Assembly (NCBI GenBank): GCA_051941275.1
Contig: JAVEBF010000070.1
Location: 1-34,658, forward strand
Reading direction: 5' to 3'
Source: Dirinaria sp. TL-2023a
Taxonomy: Eukaryota
DNA length: 34,658 nt
In this document: piece after piece, positions 1-11,879 of the stretch
How positions within the stretch are numbered: the first letter of the stretch is position 1
Layout: each line of letters starts with the position of its first letter
Program-made: the position numbers and the translations under genes
The notes under the pieces: model-generated
Databases searched by the model: none
What the model saw: only the letters and a program-made list of their open reading frames with translations
Told to the model about the DNA's origin: nothing

Positions 1-2190
1 TGAAAGAATTGAGCATAATCCCGAAGAATAGGTTGAAGCTTTTGAAGTTTGGCGTTACTTGTGATGAATCACTAATGAGTATGTAATTTTGATCCACTCC
101 GTGAGTAATGTGCTTGAGAATGTTTTTCGAGCAAAGTTTCAGATGTATTGAATAAGTTCTTAAACAAGTCTGTTCCCAGCCGTCACGAGATAGATTTTGC
201 CATAGATGATCGAGGTTTGAAACGATATGGATTCGTAGACGGGCTTTTAGAACATCTTTGAAAAAGTACAAACCCTCAAATTTTGGGATGAGCTGTAGTA
301 AACTGTCGACGAGTATGTCTATTGAACTCACTTTATAGTTGTGCTTAAGGACAATTTCGAGTAGAGTTTTGGGTTCATTTTTGATTTCTTGTTCTTGAGA
401 ACATTCTTGAAAAAACTCTGTTCCAAGCCGTCACGGAATAGTTTCGACAGTAGTTGAAGGTTTGAAAAGACATTGGTTCATAAAAGAATCGATCTAAGCT
501 TAGAACATTCGAGCTCTTGAATTTTGACGTGAGCTGTAGTAGAATTTCGACAGATAGCTATGTTAAATCTGCTTACTAAGAGCGTTCAGTGCTCGAGAAT
601 GTTTTCCAAGTAGAGTTCCAGATTTATTGATTTTTCGTAATAGAAAAGCTCATTAAGAGTCCGTTCCAGGCCTTCGAAAAGTGATTCTCGAGGTAGTTGA
701 AGATTTGAAAAGACATGGATTGATAAAGGGACTTTTGAAACATCTTTGAAAAGTACAGATCGTCAAACTTTGAAACGAGCTGTAGTAGCTCATCGATCAG
801 TATGTCTATTGAACTCACTCAATAGCTGTGTCCGAGGAGATGTTCGAGTAAAATTTCGACTTCATTGAGTTCTCCGTATTAGAAAAGCTCATCAAGAGTC
901 CATTCCAGACCTCCGAGAAGTGATTCTAGCGGTAGTTGGAGATTTGAAAAGATATCGAATCACAAAAGAATGAGTTCGAACTTCATTGAAGAAAATCTGA
1001 GCTCTTGAAAATTAGCGTGAGCTGTTGTGGAATGTCGACGATGATAGATAAAAAGTTCACTTAATAACTGTGCTCGAGGACTCGTTTGAGTAGAGTTCGG
1101 ATTTCATTGATTTCTCTGTAATAGAAAAGCTCTTCAATAGACCGTTCCAGGCTCTCGAAAGATGGTTCTTGCGGTAGTTGGAGATTTGAAAAGATATTGG
1201 GTCACAAAAGAATGGGTTCGAACTTCATTGAAGAAAATCTGAGCTCTTGATGTTGGTGTGAGGTGTTGTAGAATGTCGCGATGATAGATAAGAAGTTCAC
1301 CCGATACCTGTGCTTGGGCACACTTTTCGAGCTAAGTCACAAATTCATTGATGCTTTTCGTCATTAAGAAGCTCTGAAGAAATGTCGATTCAACTTTTCA
1401 CAAAGCTGATATTGCTCTGTCAGCAAGTAGATTTCAGTCGAGTCTTCGTGGTCCACTTTCGCTGACATGGATCGATGTGAGCTTAAAGACACAAATGATC
1501 CGTGTAATTGAAGAGATTTCTCTCTATCTGTTTCAATAGATTTTCGTGCTCAAGCACGCTCTTGAAATAGAGCTTTGATTTTTCGTTATGAAGATGCTCT
1601 TTAAATCCCCGATCCAAGTCCCTACAATGTTGGTTTTGCTTCGTTAGCAAGTAGATTTCACGAATCTTCATCGTCAACTTCCCCGGAGATAGATCGTTTC
1701 GAACATCGACTCGGATACACATAACCAGTGTGATTGTGGAGGTGCTTCGCTATCTCTTCAATCTACTGGGTGGCTTTCTGTTCTCGAGAACGCTCTTTCA
1801 GTAGTTATCCTTCGTGGATTCGTTAATTCGTTGATTCGTTGATTAATAATGTTTTCGTTCAATAAAAGCTCTCTCAAAACCCAGTTCAAAGCTTCAGAAA
1901 GTCCGTCTTGCTCCGTCAACAAGTAGATTTCAAAACCAAATCTTCATGGTCAACGTTTTCTGATATGTCGACTCAAAAATCGAGACGCATGAAAAATGTT
2001 ATCGAACAATTTTCTATTTGTTCAATTTAGTTAATAACTTTTCGTGCTTGAGCACGCACTTGAAATAGAGTTTTAATTCTATTGACGTTTTTTTTTTTCG
2101 TCGTGGAAAAGCTCTTTAAGAACTCGGTTCAAGTCTTCGCAAAGTTGCTATTGCTCTATCAGCACGTAAAGTTGAAATCCGCATCCCGAA
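1..2190. repeat. Diverged tandem array, ~243-bp unit, at least 9 copies
   Basis: Anchor TTTGAAA(A/C)GA at 216, 461, 704, 943 and 1185 (spacings 245, 243, 239, 242). It continues as the variant anchor AAGTAGATTTC at 1425, 1649, 1921 and ~2164. Positions 961-1008 and 1203-1250 match at 47/48 nt. Confidence 0.9.
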
Positions 2191-2239
2191 AGCCGCTCCT
2201 CCTAGGAACTTGGAAATTCTTGATAACGTAGGCAGGCCG

Positions 2240-3345
2240 GTCTCTTGCTCTGTCGATCAATGATCGGGACTTGGCTGAGACAAGAATCTTAAAAACGTTT
2301 TGTGCTCTATGTGCATCTTATGAGTTCTGTCGATAGCGGACCGCCTGTGAAATGGTAAATTTTGACACACTTGGCCATGATCGGGACTCGGTCGAGTCCA
2401 GATTCTTGAAAGAATCCATGATCTGCGCCATACTTATCTTATGGAAATCCCTTGGATAACGAGCTGCCTTGATCAAAGCAAATTTCGATTCTATCCATCT
2501 TGATGGAGACTTGATTGAAGTCAGGATCTCAGAAGAACTTATGATTTTATGTCAATTTATCAAAGTTCATCGATGACGAAGTGTCTTTGCAATGAGATTT
2601 TTGAACTCGGTCAGCCCTGATTGGGACTTGTTTGAGGCTAGATTCGGAGAGATATTAGGTGTTCTATCTGCACATCTTGAAGTTCATTGATAGCGGTGCA
2701 TCTTTGAAATGATAATTTCGAACTCGGTCAGTCCTGATTGGGACTTGTTTGAGCTTAGTTCTTTGAACAATGTATGTTTTTTATGTGCACATCCCGGAAT
2801 TAATCGAAGCTCGCTTCCTTTTGCTATTGTAAAATCCGAATCTGTCGATCATGATCGGAACCTAGTTGAGATCACAATTTTAAAAATACTGTGTGCTTCA
2901 TATCAATTTTGAGCATTTCATCCTTGATCGATCGTCTTTGCAATTTTGAATTCGAACACTGTCAGTTTTGACCGAGACTTTGTTGAGATTGAGATCTTAA
3001 AAATGAGAAGTCCTTCATTGACATTGAAATATTGATGTTCATTGATGAAGATACGTCTTTGCAATGGCAAATTCCAACTCTGTCAACCTTGATCGGGACT
3101 TGGTTGTCTCTGAGATCTTAGAAACATGGTCTTTTCTATGTCCGCTTCTCGAAATTGATCGATGGCTGGCGACTTTGCAATTGTAAGATTCGACTTCGTC
3201 GATCATGATTGTGGCTTGATCAAGGCCAGGGTCGTTGAAACAGTGTCAGTCCTATGCCAACTCGCCGCCTTCGTAATGTTAAATGTCGACTCTGTCGGCC
3301 ATTATCGGGGCTTGGTTAAGACCAATGTCTTGGAAGAGTCTATGC
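2240..3345. repeat. Diverged tandem array, ~117-bp (39-codon) unit, 10 copies
   Basis: GATCGGGACTTG-like anchor at 2262, 2379, 2502, 2619, 2736, 2853, 2970, 3091, 3207 and 3303 (spacings 117, 123, 117, 117, 117, 117, 121, 116, 96). The minus-strand reading repeats FxDxxLNQVPIxxDRV. Confidence 0.92.
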
Positions 3346-6300
3346 GCTCTATCTCGACCTCACGACATTCGTACGGTAGCGAGTTTACTTTTCACACGGT
3401 ATGTCTGCGCTCCGCGAATCCTCGTTCTTTAAATGCATCGAGATCGATGTTACAGTCGTCTATTCTCGTGGGATTTAATAGAGGAGGTTTGGATTCGTCG
3501 GTGGACCGCTGAAGCAGGTTGAATAAGTATTTTGGCAGTCGCATTCTCGTTTCGCTCCCGTTAGAAACATCGGCGCAGTTGGAGTCGCTTGCCATTTCCC
3601 AGAGAATATGACCCACGTTTTTTCTCTGCCCATCGATGGAGATTCTTCTGGAAGGTGGGTTGTTAATGATGGATTTTGTTAAACCCCTTCACGAAAGTTC
3701 AAGCCCTTGAATGTTAGCGGAAGCTGAAGAGGACCGCCAAAGAGAACGAGAAGTCACAGTAATCCTGCGCGGCAAGCTTGTGTTAAAAGATATTCAATAT
3801 GGTCAGCTCGACAAGTCTCGTCAATAAAGACAACGTCAGAACTCTTGACATCATTTAAGAAGTCATCGCCAGCTTTAGAGAGGGCTGCAAAAAGCTCAGA
3901 AGTGTGTCTCTAGACTGTTCTTGACTTTGTATGTCAATTTCTCTTCTGACCTTTAATCCTCATCGGAATTTGAGCTTAGAGATGTTATTGTTCAAATTTT
4001 CTTTGTCGCAAGGAGTATTATCCTCAATCGAAAAGTGTCTCTAAGCAGTCAATTTGCTGCGACTTTGTATTCTCTCTTCGCTTGTGACGTTTTGGCTTTA
4101 GAGATGTTGATAGAGTTCAATATTCATGTCGTTGGCAGAGCCTACTCTGTGGCAAGGATTGCCATGCTCGTTGTGTTAGCGTTCTACAAATCGCCATAGT
4201 GAATGCCCATTATTTTGACATTCGAGCGCAATGGCCTTTTGCCCTCCTCGCTCGGGATCCCTTCGAATTTTGGCCTGAAGAACATCTGTCTTCAGCTTGG
4301 CGGCGAGTTGAGACGTCTTCAGAAGCCGTATCAACAATATTTCTAAGCGATCAATCTGCCGGGTGCTTATAAGCCAATATCTTGTCTGACTGTTTGTCTT
4401 TTGCGAAATGTTCCGCTTAGAATAATCTTGAGGACTTCCCAGAAATGTCGTTTTCTGAATTTGTGCTACAGCACGAGAGATCATCGCTCAGAGTTCCTCC
4501 AATCGATGAAGGTACTATGGAAAATGCCCATAGTTCTGAAATCAAGGCGCTCAGCTTCGTTTCTGTTCACTCGGAGTTGAGTTCGGTGAACTCGTTCTTG
4601 AAGCTTAGAAATTCATGTTCGTCTTCTGCGACCTGGATCTGCGCATATCCAAGTTGGGCAGGGAGTCTCTATGCTTGACCCAGTTCAGGGATCGCCTTTG
4701 ATTTTCCATCTAATGTCGTCGAAGGTTGCATTAGACTTAGTCTTAGACTTGACATTCGAGCTGAACGCGTTTTCGTACTCCAAGTGCGGGATATTCAAGC
4801 CATTTTGCGAAACGTCTATTGAGTGCCGGGCTTTTACTTTGGTAAGCATGGTAGCGAATCACTCCTTGGTTTGAAAGTCTCTTCTCGCATAACTTAGGGA
4901 AGTTGTTTACGCCAGTGTTTCTCGACTCGAATCTGTCTCTGGAGGTTGGAAGGGGACATCGCCGCCTTCGAATCGATTTGTAGCTGGGACGCCACTTCGG
5001 TATGGTTAAATCCTGCGAGTCTTTCAAGCCGGTCATTGAAATCTGTCTATAGTATCGGCTCACTGAACCTCTCTGGAGTACCAAGTTTCGTTTTCGTAAG
5101 CATGATAGCTCATCGCTTTTTGATCTTTAAGCTGTTGCTGACATAGATTGGCTTTGACCTCTGTCTCAGCGTTGCTCAAACGATAAGGATCTCGGATAAA
5201 CATGGCTTTTTGCTCGGAGTCATGAAAGTCTTCCGATGCATCATGCTTCTTATCGCTCGCTTTTTACAAGTATTTCAAGAAGAATGTTATCGTAGATAAC
5301 ACTTGAGCTTGCTAAAGTCCGGTCTTGTGAATGAACACTCGTCTTAGGGTCTCGTATTAGAAGTGGTGTAATGTCTGTTAAATATAGTATAGGTTTCTGG
5401 GCTGTTGGATCTCTTTTGCAAGGATTTTAGCTAATGCTCTTTTCAACATCCCAAGATCTATATTACCTGAACTGCCGCCTTTTGGTTCGGTGGAGAGGAT
5501 CGCAAGATGGGTCGAGATGAACAGATTGACTGAAAGTTCACTAACGACATCGAGTTGAAGAAACAAATGAAGTAAGTCAGATGAAGCCTTGATTTGATGA
5601 TTTGAAGGGGCTGCAAGGTTATTGCCAGATACTCGAGTTCTGTAGAACGGATATGCTTCTTCGAAGCGATTTCGAAGACTCTTTTTGGAGAGCTAGTTAT
5701 CTCTATGCTGACTTCAAGTAGACATCGAGCGTGATATGAAGCTAGGGGCAACGCCGAGAAAATCCTGTTCATTTAGAAACTTTTGGAGGAATTTCTTTAG
5801 ATATGGTGGTCTCCACAGCTGATTCGTCCTTGAGCCGCTAATTGTCGTGTGCGCTCCCAGTTCCTTGTGGGACGGTGCAGAATCAGTCTCTCTCTAGAAT
5901 TGAGGCAATCAGAAGACAATGTAGACGACTGTGTAAGTGGCAGAGGAATTATAGGACTTGAAGTTCAAGCGTTGAGACTTTCTTCTCTAGCAGATATTGA
6001 GTATTCTTCTTTAGCAGTAGAACTGGTGAGGCGTCCGCTCTCTTTGCAAACTACTTCAGCTCACTCTTCTGCAAGACGTGGTTGAGGTCCAGCCATTTGT
6101 TGGCTTTCCAGCGGCGGCCTCTCTTCCCTGAGTCACTGGCGGATATAAGAATCACAAGAGAAAGAGTAGCTGGTTGGGAAGGCTGAGCCTCAATGAAGGA
6201 AATTCCAAGCATGGTCCGTGGAAAAGGAAGGAGACCCACTGGGCTCGTTGCCAAGAAACCCGAGCTGAGGCATGGAGGATAGGCTGTGGACCGACCCTAT

Positions 6301-7920
6301 CGGCGACATTGGTGGAAAAGTCGACGAGAAGTCGAGTCTCCCCTCCGGCTTGCGGGGCTTTTCGTGCAGGATCTCCCAAGGATCTGAGGAATCTTGTGGA
6401 GCAGGACCAGGAGCCGGGCCTGGTGGAGGCAAATCATCTCCATTCTCTTCAGATTGTGACTCTGGCTCTGCATCTTTTGGCTTATCCCCCTCCGCGTCCG
6501 ATCGCTCACGCACTTTGCGATCGTGGGTCATTCTTTTTGACGTTGAAGGTACTGATGAAGTCTTGTTTGGCGAGATGTATGTAAGTGGTATACAGCGAAA
6601 CAAAGGTCGATGTGAGAATGACTATGAATATAGTTTAGAGTTGTTGGAGTACTGGGGAGAGAAGAAGAAGGTGAGATTTCGCGGAGATGCAAGAGGTTTA
6701 AATACTTCCCCTTGACTGGTGTTGCACCACGTCTGATTGCAACACCAGCGGTGAAGAAGATCAACAGTCAAAGTGTCGACTTCTGTGATATCTGACAGGT
6801 ATGAACTCTTTCCCATGGATTTGCAGATGATTCCGTATTCATCGTCCAACACTTTCTCGCTCTGATGAGTGTTGCGTTTGATTTTCTGGCCGATTTTTGA
6901 ATGTGCTTGCAACACGTTCAAAGTGTCCAAGGGTGAAGATTTTTTGATGAATTTGGCGCTGGCGCATTGCAGGCAGCTTTGCTATTCTTAAATATTCGCC
7001 GCACTGACGCAGAGTGGCACACAGAATAGTCGTACGAAATACTTAATGGGAGGTGAAGGCGCAGTCTCCATTGACTGAGGTCGGTGGAGGAGTTATGTTA
7101 AGTAACTTTCACAGGGGTGGCCTTGACCCATTAGGATCATACCTAGTAGAGAGAGAAGAGGAGTACTCTTGCACCCCGAGATTCTCACGCTGGCTAACTT
7201 TTTTTCCCGCTGCGTACTTCCCGTACTATAGAAGAATTGTTTATGTGGAACTAACCCAAAGTCGAAGAAGAAAGTCCAGATTATGAAAAAGTTACAGGAT
7301 CCGCGCCGCTCTCAAGTTGAACTCAGCTGATATCCAATAAGGAAGTTTGGTTATGAAGGGAGAACAAGTCACCCTGGTAAGCCAAGGGACAATCTTATGG
7401 TTCAGTTTGTGAGTCTTATTTAATCTCTCGTGCCCAGATTTGGTGTTCAGTAAAAAGGTGATGGTTGGGAAGAACATCTCTGCGCTTCCTTCATTTATAA
7501 GTCACGGCTATCGAGATGAGGTCTCTGGAAGAATCCTTATTCTTCAGCTCTGAAAGTCGAAGGAGTTGAGTGATGCTGACGAATGAGGATTTAATCGCAC
7601 ACAAGTGCAGGCTCATATCCTTCGAAAAGTGATTTATTCAGTAGCACCAGGCGATCTTTAGCAGGCGCTCGACCTTCTGTCTTCGAATTCAAGAACCGTA
7701 TTTGAGAGGTCGGTGCCTCGGTAGATTATGGACAGAAGTACCGTTCTAGAGATAGCAATTCGGTACTGATGTTAAGGCAAGCTCTTTCGAATTGCCACCG
7801 AGGCAGTTGGATTACAGAAAAGTAACAAATAGATCAACAGCTGAGATTTTGTTGTCGTCGAGAATGGAAGTATCGGCGTCGAAGTGAAAAATCAGTCATT
7901 CATGCTGAGACTTCTTTCCC

Positions 7921-7944
7921 TTTTTTTTTTTTTTTTTTTTTTTT
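7921..7944. repeat. Poly-T homopolymer (24 nt; poly-A on minus strand)
   Basis: Directly visible. Confidence 0.95.
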
Positions 7945-8399
7945 ATAGTCATCGAACAAGTCGAATTCAAGAATCGTAGCGAAGAGCTCAATACTGTGAT
8001 CAATGATCCGGAGAGTCCAGGTATCCTTGTTGGAGCTGAAATTTGACAGCGGCGTTGAGACTTCCACCTTCAATTCGTCATCGAAGCGGTCCAAACTCAA
8101 GTAGCATATGAAGATAACAGGGTCTAGATTGACATGCTCGGAAGAGGCATATTATCGTCGCGACTGGCGTCTGAAACTGCAGCAATTATGCTGTGACTAA
8201 CGCGGCTGACGTCTAGATATCTGATTCTTCTCTGCTCCTGTGGAGATTGTAACGGCGAAATTTCGACAGACTTCTCTTAGTTCACCCAATTAGTAATTCT
8301 GATTTGAAGAACCAACTTGAAATGTGGTTGGCGACAAAGTGATCATCATCTTTAACAGTGAAAATAGATTATGAGTACGAATCTCGATCTGAGCTGCGT

Positions 8400-9330
8400 C
8401 TTTGTCAACGTCGATCGAGCCAGAGCCTTATCAATCTCGCGCAGACGCTCAAAGCCGATCTCGAAGATTATCACTTTCAGTAGATGTTAATCGTCGCATT
8501 TTTGCCGCAGGAAGCTGTTTGAACAAGCAAGACATGTTGGCTTTCTGCTAAAGATGACCTCGATTTACCTCTCCCATCTCCTGATACTTCTTTTCCCATA
8601 TGAGAAGGTGGGTGCACTTGAGCATCAGTCCCTCACACTGACCAAAATTGAGACTCATGTCATCCAAATAGACATATAGCAACGCACTTCCGAGCTTTCT
8701 GCACCTCGATTATCGTTTCATTAAGAGCCGAGAATCTCATTTTTTCCAACTTAGAAGAATCTGACAAGAACAGCACCGTAAGTCTCACTTCTATTGAGAA
8801 CAGATTCTCAAAATCATTTGTCGAGAGAAATAGAATTGTTCCGTTACTATCGAATCTTATGTTTTCGATATTTTGAGACGTTTAGGGACAGAGAGTGAGT
8901 CGACATCATCTTGCCTCGTATTGTTGGGTGCTCGATTTTTCCCGAGGCAATTTAATCCTCATGTTCCCAATTCGACAGTGCCGTTGAATGTTGATTCACA
9001 CTGTAGGTCGTAAGTATCGATCAATAATCTTTCCAATGTCGATATTTGATGAGCGAAAAAACAATTTCTAAAGACTCAAGAAGAGAGAATCTCGATTTGA
9101 AAGATCTGATTGAATCAGATTATGGAGGTTCGATTTGGACTTCCCTTTGGGTTTGGCGTCTCCGTTCTTTTGACCAGGGTAGTCCCTAGCATTGTGATCA
9201 GGCTTCTTGCGGATGTAGCATTGAACAAAGCTCGTGTCCCCTTCACTCTATTAAATTTTGGAAAAAGCGGTCCTTTGGTGGTATCGGCGGACTGTGCACG
9301 TTGCCCCGTTTGTTGACGTGTGTCTGCCTT
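8400..9330 (-). mobile_element. Highly degraded retrotransposon (gag zinc knuckle, possibly protease) relic
   Basis: Minus strand 9226-9176 reads VQCYIRKKPDHNARDYP. Single transitions (CGC from TGC, TAC from TGC, GAT from GGT) restore CYxCKKPGHxARDCP, a CX2CX4HX4C knuckle. It is followed by a basic linker (KPKGKSKSN) and LLIDT (~9035-9020, weakly like an aspartic protease DTG). No RT motif or LTRs were recognised, and the boundaries are approximate. Confidence 0.45.
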
Positions 9331-9459
9331 CTTTTTTCAGCACCAAAGATAATGTTTAATCTTCACAATTTGCAGGTAATCCTCCACTTTAGGTAAAAAG
9401 TCTACTTCTTGTCACTGATAATCAATGAAGAGAAGAAAGACTCGTTCCATTGAGACGTG

Positions 9460-10130
9460 CTCGCAGTAGATGTGTGGCCGATAGGCCTATAAAGAGAGAC
9501 TGAAGTCATGAAATTGTGCGGCTGACTCGTTGGTGAAGCGATAGAGGTCGAGAGCGTGGTAGCTCCAAGAAGTAGATAGAAGAGATACCGGCACATCTGT
9601 CGATAATGCCGGGACGAGGAGTATTGGTGTTATGTTTGAACTTCAACACTGTAGCTATAATGCTATAGCAGACACCGATACTAATCGTTCTGGGGAGGAA
9701 GAGAGAGCCTGGCGGATTGAAGAGGCGAAGAGAAGTGGATGGTTGTGCTGTTAAGGAGTATCGGTGATACATTGGGTCGTGTCTTTGTCATGAGACTTCG
9801 AAGTCATGATACTGTGGCTGACACGGCTGCTCGTTGACTTGTCGATAGAGGTAGAGAGCAGAGTTAAAATCAAGAATCATAGCGCAGAGGTTGGCGTCTG
9901 CGTTGACAACATCGACAAGTGACAGGTCATCGTCGTAATTGACAATTGACAATGTAGCAGTGAGTCTGTGACCGAGGCGATTGCTAGCCGATGTGTATTG
10001 CCAGAGGTGGAGAGCGTAGTGGTTTGAAGAAGTGAAGGAAGAGAGAATGGTGCTGTTGAGGAGTGCTGACAGCAGGTGTGTGGCCGATGTGGTTGTTATG
10101 AGGTATCGAAGTCAGGATAATGCTGATGGC
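9460..10130. repeat. Diverged ~300-bp tandem repeat, ~2.3 copies
   Basis: GAAGTCA(T/G)GA at ~9502, ~9800 and ~10108. GTGTGGCCGAT at ~9472 and ~10078. ATAGAGGT(C/A)GAGAGC at ~9541 and ~9845. Confidence 0.65.
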
Positions 10131-11144
10131 CTAGCTATTACATAGTATATGACTTGGCCTGGCGAACACCGCCAGATCAGCTGTATGGATCGCCGTTGTT
10201 GTGTCTGTTTCACGGACATGGGACTGAGATCGTAGATTTGCGAGCTTGTACGCCGAGATGGCTAAGCTTGGCTATCTTGTGATCTTGTGAATCTTGAGTG
10301 TCTGGAGAGTTCTTTGGACAGACCAACGATTAGCAGCTCTGAGGGGGCTTCATCGAAAGGGCTATGCGCTTGTCGAAAGGTATCGCACTATGATGACGGG
10401 GTTGTAGCCACAGTGCACAGATTGGGGTATCGAGATGCCGCCATTAGGAATGCTGAAATAAAGAGCTGATTGTTGCAATTTATTCGTGATGGTGCGAAAG
10501 AGATTTTGACTTGATAGTAGTAATGTGTGCATAGTTGACGAGGCTATCAACGTATTGGCTTGATTAGCCAAGCGCTCGCACGGTGATGAGAGTGATTGTA
10601 GAAAAAGACGTGAGTGCTGCCAGACTTACTAAGAGAGGCTCTATGCTCCTTTCTCTTATGAAGGATAGTGCTTGTCACAACCTGTCGTTATTCAGAAAGC
10701 TTGAATGAGTGCGAGGCACACCTTATGGTAACCGGCAATAGAGAAGCGGCCGAAGCAAGGATGATCTGTTGTACATGTTTGCTTTGCTCGAGCTCTAATG
10801 CAGGTACTCTGCTGTTCTTCGAGAGATAATGATCTAGGCGGTAGAGAGAGGGGAGGATGATGACTGAAGGCTTCTGGCCAAATGATCAATGTTGAGTGCT
10901 CAGCGCTGACTAGCTTGAACGAACACAGGACTGGATCAGTATGTACTTTCTGGTAGCAACTAAGGCCAATTAGCATTCATCTACTAGTATTGTTGTTTAA
11001 GTACGTGATAGGTGATGAAGTCAAGCGGTAGGTCTTTGCAACAAAGACACAGCTTGGCCATGCCCCGGTCCTTTGATCGCTGCATGAATTTTGTTGCAGC
11101 CCGATAAATCTGCGTCGCGAAGGTCACGTGTACCGACGAAAATC

Positions 11145-11879
11145 TCATCGATGGCTCTGATAAACATGGCTTGAGCTAAGTTGGAGCTTTCCGTAAGGTC
11201 TAAATAGCTCGAAGTCTTGAGATTCTGCAGGGAAGAACTGACCTTGAATTCTTCCTTGTTCCTTAAGAACCATTTGGCTCAGCCCAGACATGAGATGGCG
11301 CAAGCCGATCTCAAAACTAGAAGACTGATTGACTGGTGGCCTGAGGATGCCTGCGCCAGTGACGGTGCGGTCGATGATTGGAGCGGCTATGTCCTGTCTT
11401 CGAATTAGAAGCGGTAGGAAAAAGAAATCCGAACCAACCTTGTTACTGGTGGGCCTTGAAAGATCACGATTCAACCTGCAACTGGAAAGTCCTCGTAGCT
11501 GGGAACCGGTTTGGTCGTGCAAGGCAAGGTGGGCACCGAGGAGCAGGGCCGACCGTAAGCTTGGGGCCACGGCAGCAGCTGTGAGATAGAAAGGTCGCGG
11601 AGCCATCTCGTGGTTGTCAGCGTGAAACGATCGAGAATTCAGCTCCGAGGTAAAGCATTTGTACCTGAAGCATGCCAGTATGCTGGATGAAGGCCGGTTG
11701 CACCGGTAGCGGAGGCCGCCGGAAGGGCGCCTTCTAGCAATGTGGGCACAGGTCTCTGAAGCGTTTGTCGACTCCAAAGAAGACTCGCTCCAAAGCAAGA
11801 CCACAACGCAGCTCGAGTCAGGTACGGGAGACTTGCTTCAAGGCGAACTACCGCGACTGGAGATGGGATGCTGTGCTAT
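11145..11879 (-). pseudogene. Probable degraded gene 5' end of unknown family
   Basis: A 219-codon open stretch is preceded in frame (one stop) by ACC-ATA-GCA at 11879, which resembles a start codon mutated ATG>ATA, downstream of a CT-rich leader. No domain was recognised. Confidence 0.3.

Larger units (their letters stand above)
1..6531 (-). pseudogene. Degenerate Upf1/Sen1/DNA2-NAM7-like SF1 helicase gene with C-terminal tandem repeats (runs off the left edge)
   Basis: Manual minus-strand translation gives DVVFIDETCRA (~3838-3805, Walker B-like DEAxxA), then ~25 aa later LVLFGGPLQLP (~3752-3718, motif III GDxxQLP-like). Further downstream are HR...LWEMAS..., SLPYECRE (PYxxQ-like) and RLSGCGFQLYVL (motif VI tail-like, ~2200-2160). 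A likely ATG at 6531 (MTHDRK..., acidic/Pro-rich) follows a TATTTAAA box and a pyrimidine-rich leader. There are many stops and frameshifts. No clean Walker A is recognisable, and continuity of 6531-3850 as one gene is inferred. Confidence 0.6.

Noticed and set aside
1..3345. CRISPR-like array
   Set aside because: Whole units are homologous and diverged, with no constant-repeat/unique-spacer pattern. The context is eukaryotic and there are no cas genes.
3162..3512. Plus-strand ORFs in the array (also 2709-2912)
   Set aside because: These are antisense shadows of the minus-strand repeat frame.
3700..3850. Helitron PIF1-type helicase
   Set aside because: The DE-to-QLP spacing (~26 aa) and DExxxA pattern fit Upf1-like helicases, and no Rep motifs were seen.
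11145..11804. Starship captain (DUF3435 tyrosine recombinase)
   Set aside because: No recognisable catalytic R-H-R-H-Y motifs in the frames I read.
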